From contig JASGHJ010000002.1 of assembly GCA_047602405.1 (NCBI GenBank), positions 1,984,001-2,048,000 of the forward strand: DNA of 64,000 nucleotides. The letters run 5' to 3'. The stretch is from Anaeromyxobacteraceae bacterium (lineage in GTDB: Bacteria > Myxococcota > Myxococcia > Myxococcales > Anaeromyxobacteraceae). A program made the position numbers and the translations under genes. Position 1 is the stretch's first letter. Every line of letters begins with the position of its first letter. The notes below the pieces were generated by a model, which saw only the letters and a program-made list of their open reading frames with translations, ran no database searches and had not been told where the DNA came from. Of the stretch, positions 25,120 to 35,400 are shown in pieces.

Positions 25120-25185
25120 TCAGACCGGCCGGGGAGCCTCTCCCGCCGGGGTAAGAAGTCGAATGTCGCGCGTTACGAAAGACAC
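25120..25185 (-). CDS. Putative leu/ilv leader peptide MSFVTRDIRLLTPAGEAPRPV
   Basis: 22-codon ORF with AT-ending GTA(Val), ATT(Ile), CTT-CTT(Leu-Leu) codons directly upstream of leuA. Confidence 0.7.
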   Translation of the reverse strand: MSFVTRDIRLLTPAGEAPRPV

Positions 25186-25193
25186 GGAGGGGC

Positions 25194-25222
25194 AGCCTAT
25201 CGGCTGGCTCCGCGTCCGTCAA
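25194..25222 (-). promoter_or_regulatory. Sigma70-type promoter for the leu-ilv operon
   Basis: TTGACG (25222-25217), N17, TAGGCT (25199-25194). Confidence 0.65.
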
Positions 25223-25315
25223 GGCGGAGGCCCTGCTCGGCCGGCCGCCGGGGCGGATCCGTGACCCTCGGTGCGCCGCGCTCCCCCGGAGGAGGAGCGC
25301 CCACCGCCGCCGCCG

Positions 25316-26650
25316 TCAGCGGCCACCGTCCGGGCGCCGGAACGCCTCGTTCACGAGCAGCCGCCGGAGCTCCTCCCGCAGCACGGGCGGCACCGCCTCG
25401 TCCTCCTGCCACCGGGCCACGTAGTCGGCGACGATCGGCGAGGTGCGGGTGAACGACGAGAGCGACCACCCCGCGGTGACGTAGAGGACGGCGCGCGCGA
25501 GCTCCGGAGTCAGCGGCTTGTCCTGATCGGGCGTCTCCCGGGCCTTCACGAGGACGCCGTAGTCGTCCCGGAAGCGCAGGAGATCCACGATCGCACGGAC
25601 TGGCTCCGGGCGCCCCGTGGCCATGAGCTCCGCCCACAGGAGGTCCATCCGCTGGGTCGTCGCGTTCAGGCTCGCCGGTGCCGGGTCGAGCGCGTAGCCA
25701 ACCGGGCGCGCCGGGAAGGCCTCGATCCGCGTGCGCCACTCCGGCGAGAGGGAGCCCGCGAGCGCGGAGCCGTCCCGGTGCGCCCAGCGGAGCGCGATCG
25801 CGCCCAGCGCGCGGGACGGCTCCTCCTCGCCCTTCAGCGCGGCGACGATCGACGCCACGACCCCGGGCGGCGCGGCCTCGATCGCGTGGGATGGGACCCC
25901 GACCACCGTGAAGGGATCCTTCGCCATCCGCGCCGCGAGCCGGAGCGCCGCCCCGAGGTGCTGCGGCTCCGGCGCCGCCGCATAGCCGCCCATCCACGCC
26001 TGCAGCGAGGCACCGTCCTGGAATGGTGGCGTCGCGGCGGCGACGGCCCAGGGCTCCACCACGAGCCGGGCGGGGGCGAGCGCGACCCGCCGGCCATCCG
26101 GGAGCGTCGCCTCGCCCTCGACCGTCACCTCCGTGCGGCCGGTCACCTCCGGCGCGATCCAGCGCGGCACGACCGCGGCGACGCTCACGGGCGTGACCGC
26201 ATCGTCGATCCTCCGGCGCTCGGCCTCGGGAACGCCCGCGGCGCCGAGCAGGTGAACCAGCTGGTGCGCGCCTTCCGACCTGACCTTTCTCACGGCCTCG
26301 GGACGCAGCGGGCCGACCTTCGTCTCGCCGCCGGCTCCGGCGATGCGGTACGTGAGCCTGCAGCCCTGCAGGAGCGCGTCGCGTCCCTCCCCCTCCGCGA
26401 CGAGGGCGATCGCGATCCCCTGCCCGGGGACCACGGCCTTGCGGGAGACGGGCGCGCTGATGCGCTCGCCCGCTGCCGGCCAGGCCACGCGCACCGGCTC
26501 CGGGGCGAGGAGCAGGACCTGCGGGACGAGGTGCGCAGGCGTCGCGCTGGGCGGCGCCGCGGCTGCGTCCGTCCGCAGGACGGCGGCGAGGAGCACGAGG
26601 GTCGTGAACAGCCGGAGCGCCCCTCCCGCCGGAGTCGATGGGGTGCGCAT
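25316..26650 (-). CDS. Hypothetical secreted protein
   Basis: 444-aa ORF with signal-peptide-like N-terminus; no recognised motif. Confidence 0.65.
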   Translation of the reverse strand: MRTPSTPAGGALRLFTTLVLLAAVLRTDAAAAPPSATPAHLVPQVLLLAPEPVRVAWPAAGERISAPVSRKAVVPGQGIAIALVAEGEGRDALLQGCRLTYRIAGAGGETKVGPLRPEAVRKVRSEGAHQLVHLLGAAGVPEAERRRIDDAVTPVSVAAVVPRWIAPEVTGRTEVTVEGEATLPDGRRVALAPARLVVEPWAVAAATPPFQDGASLQAWMGGYAAAPEPQHLGAALRLAARMAKDPFTVVGVPSHAIEAAPPGVVASIVAALKGEEEPSRALGAIALRWAHRDGSALAGSLSPEWRTRIEAFPARPVGYALDPAPASLNATTQRMDLLWAELMATGRPEPVRAIVDLLRFRDDYGVLVKARETPDQDKPLTPELARAVLYVTAGWSLSSFTRTSPIVADYVARWQEDEAVPPVLREELRRLLVNEAFRRPDGGR

Positions 26651-26782
26651 GATCCCTCCCGCGCGACGTGCCGACGCGGCGCTCGCCGAGGACCTCGACG
26701 GAAGCACGCCCGCGGGGCCGTGTCCACGACCGCAGCTTCACGGCCGTCAGCGGGAGCGGGTGCGACAGCCTGCCGCCGCGGA

Positions 26783-28204
26783 TCAGCGTGCCGTGGGCAT
26801 GCCGCGCTCCCCCCAGAGGAGCACCCGCGCGTCGAAGTCGACGGGCCCCGCGATCGTGAGCGCGCCGGCGGGGAGCCCGGCCCAGCGCGCGAGCGCGGCC
26901 GTCGCCTCGGCGTGCGCCGCGGCATCGGTCAGGGAGAGCCGCGAGAGGCTCGCGCCGTGGTTCGCGCCCGCGACGACGTACCGGTGGCCGTCGAGGGCGG
27001 CGTTCGGCTGGAACGGCTGCGCCGACCACGGATCGCGCTCGCCGTAGACGAACATCAGCCGCTCGCCGTGGGCCTTCACCCAGTCGTCGACGTCGGGCAT
27101 CGCCGCCGGGTCCCAGGGCTTGTCCGCCGCCGGCGGGTAGACCCCCGGCACGTCGTTCGTGGGAACGCCGCCCGGGAGCAGATCGAGGAGGTGGTCCTGC
27201 CGGTAGGCGGGCCCGCCGAGCTGGGTCGCCGACTGCTGGTAGTAGGGCGCGAAGTAGGTGAGCGCGGAGTCGCCGACCCAGTCCAGCACCCCGAGCACGG
27301 CGTCCATGAAAGCGAAGAGCGACGAGGCGGAGGCGTCGACCGGCGGGATGGCGGCGCAGTTCGCCGCCGACCCGTACTGCCAGAAGGCGAACGGCAGCTC
27401 GACGGTCGCGTACTCGAAGGCGCGGTCGGGGCCGAGCAGCGTGTACCCGTCGCCCTGCTGCGCGGCGGCCTGCTCGAAGAGCGGCTGGACCTCCGCGCGG
27501 CGCGAAAGCAGCGTCCGCTGGAACGCGCGCAGCTGCTCGCGGCACGCCGCGGTGCCGGCGCCGCCGATCGCGTCCACGAACGGTACGTAGGCGGCGTCGG
27601 ACGTCGAGAACGACTGAGGCGCGACGTAGGCGACCGTGCCGTCCACGTCGCCCGGCCAGAAGCGCCGGTGGTAGACCGCCGTCATCCCGCCCTTCGAGGC
27701 GCCGACCGAGAGCCACCTCCCCTCCCCCAGCACCGGCCGCAGCGCCTGCACGATGCGGTGGTGGTCGGCGGCGGCCTGCTCGATGTCGAGCCTCGACCAG
27801 TCCGCCGGGTCGGGCCGCGACGGCGAGAAGAAGCGGTGCTCGACCGTGAGCTGGTTCGCGCCGAGGAGCGCCGTCAGCTCGGCCCGGCCCGGGTTGCGGC
27901 TCGCGCCGTAGCCGTTCGTGCCGAACACGACGGGGAGCGCGCGATCCTTGAAGAGGAGCGCCGCGAACTGCTGGAAGGTCGGGCTCGCCGGATTGGCGTG
28001 GTCGATCGGCTGCTCGAGCTGGAGGAGGAAGAGCCGGTACCCGGGCTCGGGCGTCTCGGCCTCGTCCACCCGCACGACGTGGGGCGCGAGCGCGAGCGCC
28101 TCGTCGATCGGGAGCGGAGGCTCCACGGTCTGCCGGGTCGCGCCGCCGCCTCCGCACGCGGCGAGGAGCGCGAGGAGCGCGAGGGCGGGCCGGTGACTGC
28201 GCAT
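26783..28204 (-). CDS. S28/S37-family serine peptidase lipoprotein (tripeptidyl aminopeptidase-like)
   Basis: Lipobox LAAC, QPIDH, VEHRFF, GASKGG nucleophile, DPW, NH. Confidence 0.85.
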   Translation of the reverse strand: MRSHRPALALLALLAACGGGGATRQTVEPPLPIDEALALAPHVVRVDEAETPEPGYRLFLLQLEQPIDHANPASPTFQQFAALLFKDRALPVVFGTNGYGASRNPGRAELTALLGANQLTVEHRFFSPSRPDPADWSRLDIEQAAADHHRIVQALRPVLGEGRWLSVGASKGGMTAVYHRRFWPGDVDGTVAYVAPQSFSTSDAAYVPFVDAIGGAGTAACREQLRAFQRTLLSRRAEVQPLFEQAAAQQGDGYTLLGPDRAFEYATVELPFAFWQYGSAANCAAIPPVDASASSLFAFMDAVLGVLDWVGDSALTYFAPYYQQSATQLGGPAYRQDHLLDLLPGGVPTNDVPGVYPPAADKPWDPAAMPDVDDWVKAHGERLMFVYGERDPWSAQPFQPNAALDGHRYVVAGANHGASLSRLSLTDAAAHAEATAALARWAGLPAGALTIAGPVDFDARVLLWGERGMPTAR

Positions 28205-28356
28205 GGGTCTCATCAGACAACCACGACGCGGCGCGACGCAACCCACCCGACCCCAGCGTCAAGGCCGGTCGAGGCGACGGGGCCATGGCGGCGCCGCGCC
28301 TTGACACCCTCGCGAGCCGGGCACGAAGATCGACGAGACCGCGGCGCCGCACCGCC

Positions 28357-30132
28357 ATGGATGATCACGTCCGAGACCTCGAGGGCCCCGCGGAGGGCGA
28401 CATCGGCGAGCTCGCGCTCGAGGAGATCATCGACGCGCCGCTGCTCCGCTCCATGCTGGACGACTTCTACCGCCTGACCGGCATGCTGGGGGCGGTGCTG
28501 GACGTCTCCGGGAAGGTCCTGGTCGCGGTCGGCTGGCAGGACATCTGCACCAGGTTCCACCGGTGCCATCCCGCGACGCTGCGGAACTGCCTGGAGAGCG
28601 ACACCGCCCTGACCCGCGGCGTGCCGGTGGGGACGTTCAAGCACTACCGCTGCAAGAACAACATGTGGGACATGGTCACGCCGCTCGAGGTCGGCGGGCG
28701 CCACGTGGGCAACGTCTTCATCGGCCAGTTCTTCTACGAGGACGATCCTCCGGACGAGGCCGTGTTCCGCGAACAGGCCCGGCGCCACGGCTTCGACGAG
28801 GACGCCTACCTCGCGGCCCTCGCCCGGACGCCCCGGTTCAGCCGGGCCCAGGCCAACGCCGGGATGCAGTTCTACGCCAAGCTCACGAGCATGATCTCCG
28901 CGCTGAGCTACGGTTCGATCAAGCTGCGGAGGATGCTCGAGGAGCGCACGAAGCTCGAGGAGCAGCTCCGCCACGCGCAGAAGATGGAGGCGGTGGGGCG
29001 GCTGGCCGGCGGCGTGGCCCACGACTTCAACAACATCCTCCAGGTCATCAGCGGCCACGCCGGCCTCATGCAGGTGGACGAGGCGCTGACCGCGGAGCAG
29101 CGGGAGGACGTCGACAACATCCTCTCGGCCGCGGAGAAGGCCGCCCAGCTCACGAGGGGCCTGCTCGCCTTCGGTCGCCGCCAGGTGCTCACCTTCGCGC
29201 CGGTGGATCTCGACGAGCTCATCGCCGGGCTGGAGCGGCTCCTGGCGCGGACCATCGGCGAGGACATCGAGTTCGTCACGCGCCCCTCGCCGGACCGGCT
29301 CCTCATCCACGGCGATCGAGGCCAGATCGAGCAGGTGCTGGTCAACCTCGTGACCAACGCCCGGGACGCGATGCCCCGGGGCGGCCGGATCTGCATCGAG
29401 ACCGCCCTGCAGGTCGTCGAGGACTCGGCGGAGCGCGTCCCGGGCCAGGCAGCGCCGGGCCGGCACGCGGTCGTGACCGTCTCCGACGATGGCTGCGGCA
29501 TGGACGCCGAGACCCGGAAGAAGATCTTCGAGCCCTTCTTCACGACCAAGGAGGTCGGCAAGGGGACCGGCCTCGGCATGGCGATCGTCTACGGGATCGT
29601 CAACCAGCACCAGGGCACCATCCACGTCTACAGCGAGCCCGGGCAGGGCACGACCGTCCGGGTCTCCTTCCCGCTCCACGACAAGGCGCCGCTGCGGGCC
29701 CGGGAGCCGCAGCCCGAGCTCGTTCCCGCGCGGGGAGGCACCGAGACCGTCCTGCTCGCCGAGGACGACCCGGACGTGCGGGCCTTCGTGGTGTCCCTCC
29801 TCCGCCGTCAGGGCTACACCGTGATCCAGGCGGTCGACGGGCAGGACGCCGTCGACAAGTTCTCCGCCGCCATGGACGCGATCGCACTGGTCCTCCTGGA
29901 CGTGATCATGCCGCGCAAGAACGGCAGGGAGGCCTTCGCCGAGATCTCCCGGCTGAGGCCCGGGGTGAAGGTCCTCTACGCGAGCGGGTACACCGCGGAC
30001 TTCATCCAGAGCCGGGGCGTGTCCGAGGAAGGGATCGAGCTCGTCATGAAGCCGGTCCAGCCCGCGGTGCTCGTGCGGAAGGTGCGGGAGATTCTCGACC
30101 GGCCGCCCGGGGGAGCACGCGCCGGCCCGTAG
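28357..30132 (+). CDS. PocR-sensor hybrid histidine kinase
   Basis: GWQDIC...YRCKNN..FIGQF (PocR); AHDFNN, FFTTK, GTGLG; C-terminal receiver. Confidence 0.9.
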   Translation: MDDHVRDLEGPAEGDIGELALEEIIDAPLLRSMLDDFYRLTGMLGAVLDVSGKVLVAVGWQDICTRFHRCHPATLRNCLESDTALTRGVPVGTFKHYRCKNNMWDMVTPLEVGGRHVGNVFIGQFFYEDDPPDEAVFREQARRHGFDEDAYLAALARTPRFSRAQANAGMQFYAKLTSMISALSYGSIKLRRMLEERTKLEEQLRHAQKMEAVGRLAGGVAHDFNNILQVISGHAGLMQVDEALTAEQREDVDNILSAAEKAAQLTRGLLAFGRRQVLTFAPVDLDELIAGLERLLARTIGEDIEFVTRPSPDRLLIHGDRGQIEQVLVNLVTNARDAMPRGGRICIETALQVVEDSAERVPGQAAPGRHAVVTVSDDGCGMDAETRKKIFEPFFTTKEVGKGTGLGMAIVYGIVNQHQGTIHVYSEPGQGTTVRVSFPLHDKAPLRAREPQPELVPARGGTETVLLAEDDPDVRAFVVSLLRRQGYTVIQAVDGQDAVDKFSAAMDAIALVLLDVIMPRKNGREAFAEISRLRPGVKVLYASGYTADFIQSRGVSEEGIELVMKPVQPAVLVRKVREILDRPPGGARAGP

Positions 30133-30187
30133 GGAGGCGATCCGTCACACCCGCGCCCGCGCCGCATCACTTCGACGGGGTGACGCG

Positions 30188-32252
30188 ATGACGATCGGCC
30201 GCCGGTCCTTCCTCAAGGCTGCAGCAGCGATGGGCGCCTCACTCGCATGGGCCGGATCGGCCAAGGGCGCCCGCGTGCCCTGGCAGGAGCGGCGCGAGCT
30301 GTATCCTCAAGGGGTCGCGTCCGGCGATCCCGACCCGCACAGCGTCCTCCTCTGGACGAGGCGCCCGTTCGCGGACGGCGCCCGCCACGTCCTGAGCGTC
30401 GAGGTGGCGGAGGACGAGGCCTTCCGCCGGGTCATCGCGCGCGCGAAGGCCCCGGTCACGAGCGCCTCCGACTGGACGGCGCGCGTGCTGGTCGGCGGCC
30501 TCCGGCCGGCGCACACCTACTGGTACCGGTTCGCCGACGCCGACGGGAACGGCAGCCGGGTCGGCCGCACGATCACCGCGCCCTCGCCGGACGATCCGCG
30601 CACGGTGAACTTCGCCTTCGTGAGCTGCCAGGACCTGAACGAGGGCAAGCTCAACGCCTACCGCCGGATGATCTTCGAGGACGAGCGCGCGCCCGCCGGC
30701 GAACGCCTCGACTTCGTCCTGCACCTCGGCGACTTCATCTACGAGGTGGTCGAGTATCCGGACGAGGCGAAGACCCGCTTCGACCGCACGATCTACGAGG
30801 TCGCGCGCATCCCGGACGGCCACAAGGTCGGCAACTTCCACATCCCGCTGACCCTCGAGGGCTACCGGGCCATCTACCGCGGCTACCTCGCCGACCCCGA
30901 CCTCCAGGACGCGCGCGCGCGCTGGCCGTTCGTCGCCATCTGGGACAACCACGAGTTCTCGTGGCAAGGCTGGCAGAGCAACTTGAAGGCGGGGCCGTTC
31001 GAGCGGCCGGGCCAGAGCATCAAGGTCGCGGCGAACCAGGCGTGGTTCGAGTACCTCCCCGCGCGCGTCTCGCGAGCGGGCCGGCCGCTCGAGCGCTTCG
31101 ATCCACCTGCCGTGAAGGACGTCCCGGTCGTCGAGTTCGACGCCGACGGCCTCGGGACCGAGCCCAACAACCTCACGGCCATCCACAGCCTCCGGGTCTA
31201 CCGGGCCCTGCGGTTCGGCCGGCACGTCGACCTCCTCCTCACCGATCAGCGCAGCTACCGGAGCGCGGATCCCTTCTCCGAATCCGTCCCTCGGGAAGCT
31301 CGGCGGCGAGGAGTACGAGGAGATGTTCCCCGAGCACGAGATGCGGGTCCTCGACGGCGGGCGCGCCTTCGACGGCGGCCACCCGCCCGCGGAGATCCGC
31401 TTCAACGACGCGCACGTGCCGAACCCGCAGCGGAGCGCGCCGCCGCAGACGATCCTCGGGGCCGAGCAGAAGGCGTGGTTCAAGGACCAGCTCCGGCGCT
31501 CGACCGCGACGTGGAAGATTCGGGGCAACTCCCTGGGCGCGCTCGACAAGCGCGCCGATCCGCAGAACCTGCCCCCGGGGCTCACGAAGGAGCCGTGGCC
31601 TCCCGGCGCCTACGCCTTCGTGGGCGCCCCCGACTTCGCCACCGCCTGGGCCGAGCGCGCCGAGCTCTTCGGGCACGTGCGCGACGCGAAGATCACCGGC
31701 TTCGCCATCGTCTCGGGCGACCGGCACAGCTTCTGGGCCGGGTACGCGGCCTCGGACCTCCCGCCCGGCAAGTTCGAGCCGGTCGGCCTCTCCTTCGTGG
31801 GCGGGTCGCTCACGAGCCCGGGCACCATGGAGGCCCAGGAGCACCGCCTCCCGAAGGACGCGCCGCTGCGCGCGCTGTTCCTCGCGGACAGGAAGGACGG
31901 CGCGAAGCCGGCCTGGACCTTCAACATGCTGCTGCGCCACGGCGTCCGTGCCTGCCTCGAGTACGCGCGGAGCTTCGACCTCGAGCGCGCGCGGGCGCTG
32001 TCGAACCCCGAGCTCGCGCCGCACCTCGAGTTCGTGGACCTCGGCGGCCACGGTTACGCGAAGGTCCGCGCCTCGGCCGGCGAGCTGCGCACCGAGTTCG
32101 TCTGCATCCCGCGCCCGATCGCCCGGAGCGAGACGCCCGACGGCGGGCCGATCCGTTACCGGGTGGCGCTCACCGCCCCGCTCTGGAAGAGCGGCGAGCG
32201 CCCGCGCCTCGAGACCAGGGTGCTCGAGGGCGACGTCGGGCTGTCGATCTGA
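30188..32252 (+). CDS. phoD: PhoD-family alkaline phosphatase, Tat-exported; +1 frameshift at ~31281
   Basis: RRSFLK Tat motif, GVASGDP, HLGDFIYE, WDNHE, SGDRH. Confidence 0.88.
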
Positions 32253-32263
32253 GCCGCGGCGGC

Positions 32264-33805
32264 TCAGTCGCGCGGCGCGTAAGGGACGAGGGGCCCGAGC
32301 TGGACGGCCCGGGCAGCGAGGTTCGCGGGGCCCGGCTCTCCCGACACCACCCAGCGCAGGGTGGCGGGATCGAGCGCGATCCGGGCGATCGCCTGGAGGT
32401 CGGCGGGGGTCACCTGCGCCACGGCCGCGCGCTCCTCGGCGAGCCGGGGACGGCCCTGGCCGCGCAGGACCGCGTCGAGCCAGGTGCCGGTGGAGCGCTC
32501 CACGTCCTCGTTCGCGGTCTCGAGCCTCGCGGAGACGACGGCGCGCGCGCGGTCGAGCTCGACCACGGAGGGCGGTGCGGCGCGGAGGCCCTCCAGCGCC
32601 TGCCGGAGGAGCCGCACGCCCTCCTCGGCGCGCGTCGCCGCGAGCGGCGCGCAGACCACGAGCGCCCGGGCGTACCGGCGCAGCACGAGCTCGGCGGTCA
32701 CCCCGTACGTGAGCTGGTGCTGCTCGCGGAGCACCTCGGAGAGCCGGGAGGAGAAGCTCCCACCGAGCAAGGCCCCGAACAGCTCGAGCGCGGCGTCGGG
32801 CTGCCGCACGTCCGCGAGCGGGCGCGTGGCGCAGACCACGAGCGTGCTCGCGGGCGCCCGGCGCAGGTAGGCGACGCTCCGCGCGGGCGAGGGCCGGGCG
32901 GGTGGCGGCGAGGCGAGCTCGGGCTCCGCGGCCTCCCGCGCCCAGCGCCGGAAGGCCTTGCGGGCCGCGGCGATCGCCGCGTCGGGCTTCACGTCGCCGA
33001 CGACGAGGAGCGTCGCGCCCTTCGGCACGAAGAGCTCCCGCTGGCGCGCCACGGCCTGCTCCTGCCCGAAGGGCTCGAGGCTTCGCCGGGTCCCGCGGGC
33101 CGGCCGGGCGTAGGGGTGGCCGGCCCCGAACGCGGACTCCACCACGACGCGCTCCAGCGCCTCGGGGTCGCCCGATTCGACGTCCTCCACCGCGTCGAGC
33201 AGCGCGTCGCGGCGGCCCTTGAAGCTCTCGGCGCCGCATGGGGGCGAGATCACGGCCTCGCCGAGGAGGTCCAGCACCGGTCCGAGGTCCGCCGCGTACC
33301 CGTCCACCGCGAGGATCGCCCCGTCCGCGGTCACCACCGCCCCGCCTGCCGCGCCCATGTCGACGAGGCGGCGGCGCAGCGACTTCTCCCCGTACTCGCG
33401 CTCGCCCCGGGCGTCCTCCTCGCGGAAGTCGGTGGCCAGGTTCGCCGCCAGCCAGGTCGCGCCGGCCTCGCCGGGCGGGTCGGACCGCGCGCCGCGGGCG
33501 AGCACGAGCCGGACGGAGGCGATCGGCCGTCGGTGGTGCTCGACCACCACGACGCGGAGGCCCTCCGGGAGCATCGCCTCGGTGACGCGCGGCTCCTGCG
33601 CGGAGGTCCGGGCGAGCGCCGGCGGCGGCGTGGTCCGCAGCGGGCCCTCCGCGGGAGGCGGGAGCCTCGCGGGTCCCGGTCGCGCCGCCGGGGGCTCCGC
33701 CCGCGACGGTGTGCTCCAGGCCTGCTTCGTGGCGACGACGGGCGGCGCGGCGGCGCACGCCGCCGTCGCCGCGAGCACGAGGACGGGGAGGCCCCGGATG
33801 CTCAT
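32264..33805 (-). CDS. M16 (insulinase) family lipoprotein, non-catalytic subunit
   Basis: TAAC lipobox-like motif, HPYAR, LGGSFSSRL..LRE; no HxxEH. Confidence 0.82.
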   Translation of the reverse strand: MSIRGLPVLVLAATAACAAAPPVVATKQAWSTPSRAEPPAARPGPARLPPPAEGPLRTTPPPALARTSAQEPRVTEAMLPEGLRVVVVEHHRRPIASVRLVLARGARSDPPGEAGATWLAANLATDFREEDARGEREYGEKSLRRRLVDMGAAGGAVVTADGAILAVDGYAADLGPVLDLLGEAVISPPCGAESFKGRRDALLDAVEDVESGDPEALERVVVESAFGAGHPYARPARGTRRSLEPFGQEQAVARQRELFVPKGATLLVVGDVKPDAAIAAARKAFRRWAREAAEPELASPPPARPSPARSVAYLRRAPASTLVVCATRPLADVRQPDAALELFGALLGGSFSSRLSEVLREQHQLTYGVTAELVLRRYARALVVCAPLAATRAEEGVRLLRQALEGLRAAPPSVVELDRARAVVSARLETANEDVERSTGTWLDAVLRGQGRPRLAEERAAVAQVTPADLQAIARIALDPATLRWVVSGEPGPANLAARAVQLGPLVPYAPRD

Positions 33806-35151
33806 TCGCGCTCCGCCCTGGCGGGTCGCGGGCGGGTGGGCCGCGCGTGCACGACCTGCGGCGGGCGGCGGAGGTACTGCCTCGCGACGTCCCGCACCAC
33901 CCCGCCCTCCAGGTCCCAGCGGCGCGCGAGGGTGGCCCCCACGCGGTCGCCGGCGCCACGCCACAGCTCGAGCCGGGAGAGGAGCTGCGCCCGCTCCGCG
34001 ACGGAGTCGAGCGCGAACATGCTCGAGCGGTCGAGCGAGAGGTTCCCGGCGATCTGCAGCTCGAGCGGGATCTCCTTGTGCGTCAGCATCCGCAGGAAGC
34101 CGGCCGCGTCGTCGTGCACGACCCGCGACGGCTCCTCGTAAGGCACCGTGAGGTTCACGAGGAAGGTGCTCTCGCCCTCGTGCTCCTCGAGGCCGGCACT
34201 CAGCCGCATGCCCCAGGCGCCGTCGGTGAGGAAGGTGAGCATGATCGCCCCGACCCGGAGCGCGTCCGCCTGGTCCGGCGGCACGTCCTGGAAGCGCCAC
34301 GCAAGCGAGACGCGCGGCTCGCGGGAGAGCGGCTCGGCGCGCTGGTCGACGGAGCCCTCCTGCGGCGCGGGCGAGAACCGGGGCGGCACGGCGCGGACGC
34401 CGGCGGGGAGGCGCCCCAGCCCGTCGTTGGCGAGCCGCAGCGCCGTGGCCGGGTCGAAGCGGCCGGCCACGACGAGCACGCCGTTCGCGGGGACGAGGTG
34501 TCCCGCCGCGAAGGTGAGGAGCTCGGCCGCGGTCAGCCGCCCCAGCTCCTCCGGAGCGCCGAGGACGCCGCGCTCGAGCGGGTGGCGGGCGCCGTAGAGC
34601 CGGCGGGACACCTGCTCGTCCACGAGCCCGTAGGGCCGATCGACGACGCCGAGCGCGCGCTCCTCGAGCACGATGCGCCGGCTGCGCTCCACCTCCTCCG
34701 GCGTGACGAGCTCCGGGATCCGCCGGAGCCGGTCGGCCTGCATCCAGAGCGCGAAGGGCAGCTCCTCGGGCGGCAGCACGCACTCGAACGCGAGGTCGTC
34801 GGCGCTCGTGGAGGCGTTGAAGTACCGGGCGCGCCGCGCGTCGGCCATGCCGGCGTAGTCGGTCGCGGGCGTGCGGCCGGTCGCCACCACGTGCTCGAGG
34901 AGGTGGGCGAGCCCGCTCCTCCCCGCGGGCACGTGCGCGGCGCCGGCGCGGAACGTGAGCCACACCGCCACGCTCGAGGCGGTGGGATCCGGCGCGAGCA
35001 GGACGACGAGCCCGTTCGCGAGCACGTGGCGCTCCACCGCGACGTCGAGCGCCGCGGTGGGGACCTTGCGCGACTCCTGCACGATGTCGGCGCGGGCAGC
35101 CGCCGCGTCGAGGAGCACGAGCGTGAGGAGGAGGACGCGGGCCGCGATCAT
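33802..35151 (-). CDS. M16 family zinc peptidase
   Basis: LANGL, GLAHLLEH, NAST. Confidence 0.85.
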   Translation of the reverse strand: MIAARVLLLTLVLLDAAAARADIVQESRKVPTAALDVAVERHVLANGLVVLLAPDPTASSVAVWLTFRAGAAHVPAGRSGLAHLLEHVVATGRTPATDYAGMADARRARYFNASTSADDLAFECVLPPEELPFALWMQADRLRRIPELVTPEEVERSRRIVLEERALGVVDRPYGLVDEQVSRRLYGARHPLERGVLGAPEELGRLTAAELLTFAAGHLVPANGVLVVAGRFDPATALRLANDGLGRLPAGVRAVPPRFSPAPQEGSVDQRAEPLSREPRVSLAWRFQDVPPDQADALRVGAIMLTFLTDGAWGMRLSAGLEEHEGESTFLVNLTVPYEEPSRVVHDDAAGFLRMLTHKEIPLELQIAGNLSLDRSSMFALDSVAERAQLLSRLELWRGAGDRVGATLARRWDLEGGVVRDVARQYLRRPPQVVHARPTRPRPARAERE

Positions 35152-35296
35152 CGGGGCGCTACGATCTCACACTAAGAGTGGACCCGTTGTCCCGGGAACG
35201 GGGTGCAGGAACCTGCGGCGAAACGCCGCCGTCGCCGGCCCGCCCCCCAGCGAAGCCCCCGCCGCAGCCGCAGGCTGCGGCCGGGCGGAGCTGATC

Positions 35297-35400
35297 CGGG
35301 GGTGGGGCCCCATGAGCTCCGCTCATGGGGCGGGGGGCTCGTTCATCCCGAGCGTAGGCCCGCGAAGCGGGCCGGGGTCGAGGGACGGCCCCCCGGCAAC
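35297..35400. repeat. Composite REP-like palindromic element, copy 2
   Basis: GCCCCATGAGC-TCC-GCTCATGGGGC plus TCCCGAGCGTAG-hairpin-GGTCGAGGGACG, abutting the thrS stop. Confidence 0.85.
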
